A DNA stretch of 64,000 nt from Klebsiella phage KPN8, in the sequence record OP079919.1, one strand, 5' to 3'. Positions within the stretch are counted from its first letter, which is position 1, and every line of letters begins with the position of its first letter. The notes beneath the pieces are model-generated. The model saw only the letters and a list, made by a program, of their open reading frames with translations, ran no database searches and was not told the origin of the DNA. This document shows, one piece after another, positions 57,243 to 64,000 of the stretch. The position numbers and the translations under genes are program-made.

Positions 57243-57710
57243 ATGAACCTCATGTACGATAATTACTACGGAAAAGAAATAATTGGATTGGGTTTAGAGG
57301 GAGAAGTCATCACAATGTTAAATTTGGCGATGACTGACATTAATCACTTCGCTAAGAAAAGTATCGCTAAAGACATCAACCCCTATCCGTTCAATCTGGA
57401 AGATTTTAAACACAACCGTTTAAACGAACACTACTTCCTCGTTTTTGATGGGAAGAAAATAGCGTCGATTCTATCCGTCGTTTACGCTTTAGAGCATCAT
57501 CTCAAAATAGCTAAAATCTTTAACGTTTATACGTTACCGGAGTATCGCCATAAAGGGCTTGCTAAACGCAACCTAATCGCCGCTATCGTGTCGGCAAGAT
57601 CAAATGGGTACATTGTGCAGTTAAACGTTTACAGGTCTAATAAAGCCGCTCAGAGGCTTTACAAGAGCCTTAAATTTAAACCCGTCGAATACACTATGCA
57701 GCTCGGTTAA
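57243..57710 (+). CDS. GNAT family N-acetyltransferase
   Basis: YRHKGLAKRNLIAAIVSARSNGYIVQLNVYRSNKAAQRLYKSLKF matches GNAT motifs A/B. Confidence 0.65.
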   Translation: MNLMYDNYYGKEIIGLGLEGEVITMLNLAMTDINHFAKKSIAKDINPYPFNLEDFKHNRLNEHYFLVFDGKKIASILSVVYALEHHLKIAKIFNVYTLPEYRHKGLAKRNLIAAIVSARSNGYIVQLNVYRSNKAAQRLYKSLKFKPVEYTMQLG

Positions 57711-57819
57711 TTTTAACGACCATAATGTTTTATTGGTAATAAACGAGAATACGTTGTTTTAAACATCGGTTTGAAATAACACGTTCTCATTTTAAACTGT
57801 AAAATAAAAGGTGAATGGA

Positions 57820-58608
57820 ATGAAAGTGACTAAAGAAGAATTGATTGAACGCTTTAATCTAGTAATAGAAAAAGAAGATATTAATTTCAGTGATGGGAGT
57901 GATTCGCTTAAACTGGTCTTAGACAACCCTAAGATGACCTCTCAGGCGTTCGAGAATATAGTGGGGTGGTTAACAGAGATCCTATTCGTTGGGAGCAACC
58001 TGATACATATTAGCGAAGAAACATCATTAACTGGCGTGATTTTCTTAAACGATTTAACAAGCTACTCCAAAAAACTTCATTTAAATAACTCCCGGGTTCA
58101 TCGCACCAATATTTCAAATTTGGCTCAGTGCACCATTGCCGACTCCAAACTCCAAGATGTTTCGATTACGTCGAACGGGGAATTTGGGGAAGGAATTACT
58201 ATTAAATACAGTGATCTTATCGGCTGCGATTTGGTCAATGACTTTATTGATCACAGTTATATCATCAACAGAGATTTGACCGGAAGAACGACTTTGAGGA
58301 ATTGCCGAGTTGCGCACTCCAGACTTTTCTTTGGACTGCAAACGATAACGAATAAAAGATTCTCGTCCGTTATTATCGACGCCCCTCAATTTAGCGGCGA
58401 TTATTTCTCCATCGGATTAAATGGAGAAAGCACCGTAGGGTATATCAATGGAACCGAAAAAGTCATCGTAGCGGGTGAGAAGAGATATAACCTGGGGAGT
58501 TGGGAAGAACAATTTGTTAAGAAAGAACAAAATTTATTCATTAAAATGATGAATCAAAAGAAATTAGAAATGATGAATATGTTCTTCGATAGTTTGGCGT
58601 TTAAATAA
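57820..58608 (+). CDS. pentapeptide-repeat-like protein (tentative)
   Basis: Reiterated (S/T/A)(D/N)(L/I)xx units (NDLTS, ISNLA, SDLIG, CDLVN, RDLTG) in the middle third. In-frame ATG at 57820 after a GTG at 57811. Confidence 0.4.
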   Translation: MKVTKEELIERFNLVIEKEDINFSDGSDSLKLVLDNPKMTSQAFENIVGWLTEILFVGSNLIHISEETSLTGVIFLNDLTSYSKKLHLNNSRVHRTNISNLAQCTIADSKLQDVSITSNGEFGEGITIKYSDLIGCDLVNDFIDHSYIINRDLTGRTTLRNCRVAHSRLFFGLQTITNKRFSSVIIDAPQFSGDYFSIGLNGESTVGYINGTEKVIVAGEKRYNLGSWEEQFVKKEQNLFIKMMNQKKLEMMNMFFDSLAFK

Positions 58609-58610
58609 TA

Positions 58611-58650
58611 AAGTTTTACTCTACCTCGCGATATCGCGAGGTAGAGTAAA
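58611..58650. terminator. bidirectional terminator between convergent genes
   Basis: ttttactctacctcgcgatatcgcgaggtagagtaaa. Confidence 0.6.
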
Positions 58651-58654
58651 TTGT

Positions 58655-61225
58655 TTAACTTACATAAATGGAAGTTAACGATAACTGAGAGAATATCCCT
58701 GAAATGTACGCCTGAACGCCTCGTGTCCCTACGGTGTAGCGATCAATAAAACTATTCATTTGGGTCGAACTAGTTCCTGAATAGTCAGTCCCTGAAACCG
58801 ACACGGAGGTTGTTCCCGATAGAGTATTGACTGAACTGGTAATATTAGTGGCGATGGATCTCGCCAAAATACCACTTCCGGGATAGTCAATTTTAAAAAC
58901 ATCAAAAAAGGTATTACCGGATTGCAAATGGGTGGCCTGCAGACAATTTCCTTTGGCCACATACAAAGCGCCGGACCAACTGCTATTATTTACTCCGGTA
59001 TTCCAGATCATCAGAGAAGAAATTGGTGTACCTGAGTTATTATAATAGGAGCAGTCACTTAACCGGAACCATTGGGCTAAATTCAAATTAGATGATGTGA
59101 CCGAACTTAACGAGTAGTCGCCGGAAAAACTTACCCCTGACGCTTTCAGTCTGTGAAGGAACGCCGAATCGGCGGTCGTTAAAGGCAAATTAGTCCCTGA
59201 TTTGACACTCCCTCCCCTCATGTTAATTTCTACACGTTGATTGGCTTCCTGGGTGCCGTCGTTGGTAATGAACCTTGATAACTCACAGTCGTTGAAATTA
59301 TAGGACCCCCTTTGTGAGATTCTCACTAGGGTGGGGGTGCCGTTGTAATTGGGGTTGTGTAATCTCCTAGCGTCGAGCCTGATATTGTGTTGAAATCCGT
59401 AAGATGGACGTTTGATAATTAAATTATCCACCCCTACGTTGTTCATACTGACTTTCATGTCGATAGGTTCGAACATAGTGTCGGTCGATGCAGAAGTATT
59501 GCTTGCCCTGGGCTTCGTGTTGGTGAAATCAATTTTTAACGTCCCGCCGGCGGCGTAGGTAACGTTGTCAAATCGAATATTCATAGGAGGAGTAACCGTT
59601 CCGTCGCGGTTTATCCAATAAATATTTTGAAGGCAACTAGAAGCTTCCGGAGTCTCAATAGTCAAGCCATCAATATCTATTTTATTAAATAGCTCACCGG
59701 CCATCTGAGACCCAGTAGGTAAAGAAGTGTAATTATCGGCGGCTCCCTGTACAATGGACCCTTCTCCATTGGACGCTAAACTGTAATATTTCCAAAATCC
59801 TCTGACCCTGACGTTACGCATAATCAGCGTCCCATCGGTGATTCCTCCGGAAGTAGTCCTGGCCTGCACAAGTGAAGGGAAAAGAAATTTTCCGTAGTAA
59901 GGGTCTCCGGATCCTCTCCCCAGTTCGTATACTGTGTCAAGTATCTCGAGAGTTGAGTTTTTAGTACCTAAGAAAACAGCAGCTCCGTCACCAATCTTGC
60001 AGTTTACAAGTTTGTAATATCCGATGCTTGGGTTATGGCTATCGAAGTTGTTGGCCGAGCAATTATCAAAAATGGTATCGGCTATCCAACCGGCCGCGGA
60101 TATCGACCCCCATCCGTAGCCAAACGCGTTTACGTTTCTTACGTATAACTTCGCCCCCCACCCATGGTGGAGTGTGTAAGATGCATAAGTGGTCGTTTGA
60201 TCCGAGGAAGAAAAGGAAGCGGTTGGGTGAGCGTCGTAGATGAAATCCACGTAGGTGTTGTAGTAATACTGAATGTCGATAACGTGACGTGATCCTATTT
60301 CCGTAATCGGTTTATTGAGTATTCTCCCCTCTTTTATGATCAAGTTGGACACATAAAAGAACTGGAAGAATATAGGTCTAGGCCCATAACGATAGTCGAC
60401 GTCCGGCATAATAAATTCACTGAAACCAGCCTGGATAGGTAGCGCCGATATGCTAGTAATCGACGTCCCGTTGTAAGGGAAGACGTTATCCATTTTGCCG
60501 TTAGCACTTATCCTGGTTACGTGAGCGAGTTTCTGAGTTTTTGCGCCAGCTTGGGTTTGTGTGCTATTATAAACATATAGGTCGTCTGAAAAATTCATAA
60601 TGACCATGCTGTCGTTTAAAGTCGTGTCCGATCCCAACGAATCTAAACAACCGTTTCCGCTTAAGAAGTCTGTGGAGGCATTAGTATTTAACTTAGTTAC
60701 CACGGAAGATCCGGAGGCATGGTTAACTAATCCGCTCGATTGAGAGATCCAGAAAGTCCCGGTAAAATCAGCCGCCGGAATAATTTTCATTCCCCCTAAA
60801 TCGGTCTTCTTATTATCGATGATCCAGTTAAACTTGGCGTTACCGGAAATCAAGTACTCACCAGATTTTTGTTTTATAGGAATGCCCGTCAATGTCGACA
60901 ATTGAATAAGGGCTAAAAGTTTGTCGGTGACGTCAACATCCCCCGTGTTCTCTATACCAAACATGTCACAGGAAAGAAATGTTTGAAGGTTAGAGACTTT
61001 ACCTCCATAAGGAAGATTTATAATTGACGACCCGTCCCCTCCGGTTAAAACATTCAGGGTTTCCTGGACGGCCGCCGCTACCCCCTTAGCGGTCAATCTC
61101 TGGTTACCAAAACGATCAGTATAGGTATTCTCATCGGAATTAATGATCTCATCTAACTTTTCGGCATTAAATCTAACATCTATAGCGGTGCTACTGGGTA
61201 TACCATTTTGTGTTGGAGTCGTCAT
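58655..61225 (-). CDS. tailspike/depolymerase-like protein 9 (inverted orientation)
   Basis: MTTPTQNGIPSSTAIDVRFNAEKLDEIINSDENTYTDRFGNQRLT N-terminal module. 856 aa. The only minus-strand member. Confidence 0.8.
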   Translation of the reverse strand: MTTPTQNGIPSSTAIDVRFNAEKLDEIINSDENTYTDRFGNQRLTAKGVAAAVQETLNVLTGGDGSSIINLPYGGKVSNLQTFLSCDMFGIENTGDVDVTDKLLALIQLSTLTGIPIKQKSGEYLISGNAKFNWIIDNKKTDLGGMKIIPAADFTGTFWISQSSGLVNHASGSSVVTKLNTNASTDFLSGNGCLDSLGSDTTLNDSMVIMNFSDDLYVYNSTQTQAGAKTQKLAHVTRISANGKMDNVFPYNGTSITSISALPIQAGFSEFIMPDVDYRYGPRPIFFQFFYVSNLIIKEGRILNKPITEIGSRHVIDIQYYYNTYVDFIYDAHPTASFSSSDQTTTYASYTLHHGWGAKLYVRNVNAFGYGWGSISAAGWIADTIFDNCSANNFDSHNPSIGYYKLVNCKIGDGAAVFLGTKNSTLEILDTVYELGRGSGDPYYGKFLFPSLVQARTTSGGITDGTLIMRNVRVRGFWKYYSLASNGEGSIVQGAADNYTSLPTGSQMAGELFNKIDIDGLTIETPEASSCLQNIYWINRDGTVTPPMNIRFDNVTYAAGGTLKIDFTNTKPRASNTSASTDTMFEPIDMKVSMNNVGVDNLIIKRPSYGFQHNIRLDARRLHNPNYNGTPTLVRISQRGSYNFNDCELSRFITNDGTQEANQRVEINMRGGSVKSGTNLPLTTADSAFLHRLKASGVSFSGDYSLSSVTSSNLNLAQWFRLSDCSYYNNSGTPISSLMIWNTGVNNSSWSGALYVAKGNCLQATHLQSGNTFFDVFKIDYPGSGILARSIATNITSSVNTLSGTTSVSVSGTDYSGTSSTQMNSFIDRYTVGTRGVQAYISGIFSQLSLTSIYVS

Positions 61226-61338
61226 CTCTCCCTCCGACTATAAAAATTAACGGCCACACATATTACTATGCATGACTCCTAATGAACTTGGGTCATAAAA
61301 TTCAACATGATATTAATCTACATTATTGAGGTTTTATT

Positions 61339-61614
61339 ATGAAATTTACTTCTGCTGTTGCAAAACTCAAACCCGGTTACGGGATTCAGTGCACCGATTG
61401 GAATGGTGCTAATCAATTTGTTTTTGATGCCTCTTTGACCATGTCTCTCGTTGAAGCACGCAAACAGGGATTCCCGGGCCCGGTTAAACTGAAGCCGGTT
61501 TACGTGTTGCATAACGCTAAAGGTGAGCTGCAACCTGGTTGGGTGCCGTCCCAGGGCGATCTTCGCAACGAGAACTGGATCGTTGTCAAAATCAAAGACG
61601 CGTTGGCGAAATGA
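61339..61614 (+). CDS. small hypothetical protein (weak DUF2829-like pattern)
   Basis: MKFTSAVAKLKPGYGIQCTDWNGANQFVF loosely fits A..LK.G.......W-N-G. 91 aa. Confidence 0.3.
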   Translation: MKFTSAVAKLKPGYGIQCTDWNGANQFVFDASLTMSLVEARKQGFPGPVKLKPVYVLHNAKGELQPGWVPSQGDLRNENWIVVKIKDALAK

Positions 61615-61937
61615 ACTACCATCTCTTCTTCGTCGTAGGATTGACGGTTTGTTTGATCGTTTTTAGTGTCTTTGACGATTACTACACGAAAAGAGCGATT
61701 GGGCTTAAAGGTTACGTTCCTTTCTGGGTCGTCGCCGTAATTCCAGGAAAATCCAAACTTAGTCTTAAACTGATTAAGTTTAAGATGACGTGTTATGTTT
61801 TAGTTTGGATTGCGTGGCTGGTCATTTTATCATCTCCGTTACCTTTTCTTGTTGCGTTGATGATGACGATCTTGGGATTGCTCAGTTGCATCATGTTAGG
61901 ATCGTTGCTTCACAACATCGCTCAATCTAAAAAATAA
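61611..61937 (+). CDS. multi-pass small membrane protein
   Basis: Start moved to MNYHLFFVVGLTVCLIVF (ATGA overlap). About three hydrophobic helices. Confidence 0.5.
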   Translation: MNYHLFFVVGLTVCLIVFSVFDDYYTKRAIGLKGYVPFWVVAVIPGKSKLSLKLIKFKMTCYVLVWIAWLVILSSPLPFLVALMMTILGLLSCIMLGSLLHNIAQSKK

Positions 61938-61940
61938 ATC

Positions 61941-61972
61941 TAAGTAGGAGAGGTTTCCCCTCTCCTACTTAA
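61941..61972 (+). terminator. intrinsic terminator
   Basis: taagtaggagagg-tttc-ccctctcctactta. Confidence 0.5.
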
Positions 61973-61988
61973 TAAAGGATAATCTTTT

Positions 61989-62912
61989 ATGCCCATCATT
62001 ATCGTTCCAGTTAGCGGTGGGGTGGAATCCACTGCTTTACTCCATAAAGCCTTACAAGGTGACAACGAAGTTCATCCTGTATACGTTGCTGTCAACGGCG
62101 ATCCCAGATCATCAGTATTTGATTTAACCGCAGCCGAACATATAGTGAATTGGTTTGAAGAACATAAAGGTGGTTACGTCGGGAGATTAAGACCCTTAAC
62201 GTATATGATCAATCCGGTTTTCTTTCATCTCCATAACAACAACAAAATAGAAAACACTCCGGCCAATTATGGAGTGACCCAACAATTTCAATTGGTTTAC
62301 AACATTAGTCTTCTTCGATCTAAATTTTGGGATTGTAATCCAGGTGTCTGGATTGGTTGGTTAAAGGAGGATGGCAATGAATTTTCTTTTAACGAATACG
62401 ATTTCTCGGCAGAGGAGTATAAGGAACTCTTAAAATTACCCGTGACGCTAGGGACGTTATCTAATATAGATAGAACGTGTAAGCCTTTTAGACCCCCCTT
62501 CTGGGAAATGACTAAATCCGATGTTTATCTAAGCCTGCCTGAAGAGCTTAAAACTTTAGTCGTTCCTAACGGTTCCGAGTATTATAACGGAGACGGTGAC
62601 TTGGTCAGAACGCCTTGGAAAGCTAAAAGGAAAGAATGGATCAATGCGAATATACCTATTAAAGACAGTTATGTGTTTTCAGCAGCTCAGATCTCCCGCA
62701 TAGGGCGATACGCCGGAAAGAAACTCTTGGGGAAAGATTTCAATCTCTCTCCTAATTACGACGCTTTAATCGAATTAGTTTATCGAGACTCTCGATGGCA
62801 CCCACTCCCCTTTACCAATAAAGACTTCTACACCATTTGTAGTGCGAATAACTTAAAAGCCATCGTCAGGGAAGCCCAACACAACATCCCTGCTATCAAA
62901 CTAATCGGTTAG
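61989..62912 (+). CDS. PP-loop ATP pyrophosphatase superfamily protein (QueC/ExsB-like N-terminus)
   Basis: MPIIIVPVSGGVESTALLH matches the SGGxDS PP-loop in the position typical of QueC or N-type ATP pyrophosphatases. The rest of the protein is not recognised. Confidence 0.5.
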   Translation: MPIIIVPVSGGVESTALLHKALQGDNEVHPVYVAVNGDPRSSVFDLTAAEHIVNWFEEHKGGYVGRLRPLTYMINPVFFHLHNNNKIENTPANYGVTQQFQLVYNISLLRSKFWDCNPGVWIGWLKEDGNEFSFNEYDFSAEEYKELLKLPVTLGTLSNIDRTCKPFRPPFWEMTKSDVYLSLPEELKTLVVPNGSEYYNGDGDLVRTPWKAKRKEWINANIPIKDSYVFSAAQISRIGRYAGKKLLGKDFNLSPNYDALIELVYRDSRWHPLPFTNKDFYTICSANNLKAIVREAQHNIPAIKLIG

Positions 62913-62962
62913 TTGGATAGTTCATCTATTTTTAGTTCTACATTATCTTTTCGGAGTAATCA

Positions 62963-63151
62963 ATGAAATGTAATCACGATTTTGAAAAACCCACCTATGA
63001 ATTCTTAAAGAAGGAGTTGGGGTTCTTTCATTGTTTTAAACGAACGTGTAAACTATGCGGCCATGTTCACCAACAAGAAGTGAAACGTAAATCAGATGCA
63101 CCTCTCTGGGCTAAAGAAGCAGAAGAGGTATTTCACTATCACAAATTTTAG
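62963..63151 (+). CDS. small zinc-ribbon-like protein
   Basis: 62 aa with C-x(n)-H ... C-x2-C-x2-H (CNHD...CFKRTCKLCGHVH). Confidence 0.4.
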   Translation: MKCNHDFEKPTYEFLKKELGFFHCFKRTCKLCGHVHQQEVKRKSDAPLWAKEAEEVFHYHKF

Positions 63152-63163
63152 GAGTTAACACCC

Positions 63164-63730
63164 ATGGGTTTCTTTGTTTCTGAAAATGGTCTAAAGGCAA
63201 AGGGTTTAAGGACCCCTAATTGCTCTTGGATTAAAAATGCGAATGATCGATTCTATTCAATCGATAATGGTTGGGAGCGGTATATGAAAGCTTCTACAGA
63301 AGAGATCATTAATGGGGTAAAACGCATTAACCTCAGCTCACCTGATTTTGGTATTAACGATATTTTGATTAGTTTAATCGTTAGATTCAATACCGATATT
63401 CGTTTGAGCAAAATCTTCAGGGAGGTTAACAATAACGACGTCCCTTCTTTGTTTAACGATAACGACTACGTTAAACGCTTTACCCAACGTCCTTACGTAG
63501 AAAACGGGTTATTGAAATATAACAGTTGGACGGTGGGGGTGGGACGTCTGCCAAAAATTCAGTCTTTTGATTGGAGAGTGCATGGATCTGAGGGATTTAA
63601 CGTCATAACTGTTGCCGCCCCAAAACCTAAACTAAAGGTCTGGTTTACAAGAAGCGATAAACCGGGTTACGTTAATTTTGTCGTTAAAGATCAGCCGGGA
63701 CTTAACGAATGGGAGAAAGTTTATGGGTAA
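63164..63730 (+). CDS. hypothetical protein
   Basis: 188-aa ORF. No motif recognised. Confidence 0.5.
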   Translation: MGFFVSENGLKAKGLRTPNCSWIKNANDRFYSIDNGWERYMKASTEEIINGVKRINLSSPDFGINDILISLIVRFNTDIRLSKIFREVNNNDVPSLFNDNDYVKRFTQRPYVENGLLKYNSWTVGVGRLPKIQSFDWRVHGSEGFNVITVAAPKPKLKVWFTRSDKPGYVNFVVKDQPGLNEWEKVYG

Positions 63731-63941
63731 AGCGGATCGAATTAAAGTTAAACGGGCCGCGAAGTCATTGGCCTCGATGAAAGACGAGATGGCACGGGCG
63801 TTAGACAGGTCGTTTTTAGCCGCAATCGAAGCGTTAAAATCGGTTACGGTCCCACCCCAACCGGCTTTGGTGAAAAGGCCAGAAGTAGAGGTCCTGGAAG
63901 AGGATACGATAGTTGAGGAACGCGGTAATGACAAAACGTAA
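63723..63941 (+). CDS. small basic hypothetical protein
   Basis: ATG overlaps the upstream stop (ATGGGTAA). K/R-rich N-terminus. Confidence 0.4.
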   Translation: MGKADRIKVKRAAKSLASMKDEMARALDRSFLAAIEALKSVTVPPQPALVKRPEVEVLEEDTIVEERGNDKT

Positions 63942-64000
63942 GTTACTCTCTGGTCAAGGCATGACACGATCTGAAAAGAAGATTTTCAGATATTTCGAGG

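Noticed and set aside
1-64000. Mobile elements, integrase/att sites, CRISPR arrays, rRNA/tRNA genes
   Set aside because: No tyrosine/serine recombinase or transposase motifs, no regularly spaced direct repeats, and no RNA gene signatures were seen anywhere in the window.

Overview
Gene-dense segment of a large virulent tailed dsDNA phage genome. There is no integrase, transposase, CRISPR array, rRNA or tRNA. Coding is almost entirely on the + strand, with short or overlapping junctions (ATGA, GTGA and TAATG couplings) and a GC-rich hairpin after most genes or operons. From left to right the window holds (i) structural and lysis-type genes: a RuvC-like resolvase, a membrane protein with a poly-Pro tail, and a convergent spanin-like pair; (ii) four very large tail-fibre or tailspike proteins (5.7-19.3 kb) that share N-terminal modules and an LG(N/L)VDN motif, plus an inverted gp5/gpV-like spike gene; (iii) a Rad50/SbcC-like ATPase with a CPEC zinc hook, an SLT lytic transglycosylase, and a nucleic-acid metabolism block (HAD phosphatase, NAD-dependent DNA ligase, RNase HI, HslU/ClpX-like unfoldase); (iv) an accessory block of small genes at 32-40 kb that includes a candidate anti-defence pair (an Acb1/LigT-like 2H phosphoesterase and a Tad2/DUF2829-like small protein); (v) nine paralogous tailspike/depolymerase-like genes (40.2-61.2 kb; eight on +, one inverted on -) that all begin with the same ~50-aa N-terminal module (MTTPTQ..IPSS..D.(R)FN.EK.D..VNSD...Y.DRFGK.R.T) followed by divergent beta-helix bodies, one ending in an S74-type intramolecular chaperone domain, with PhoH, a GNAT and a pentapeptide-repeat-like protein among them; and (vi) a PP-loop ATPase and small genes at the right end. 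All functional calls rest on motifs I recognised in the supplied translations; no database search was possible.
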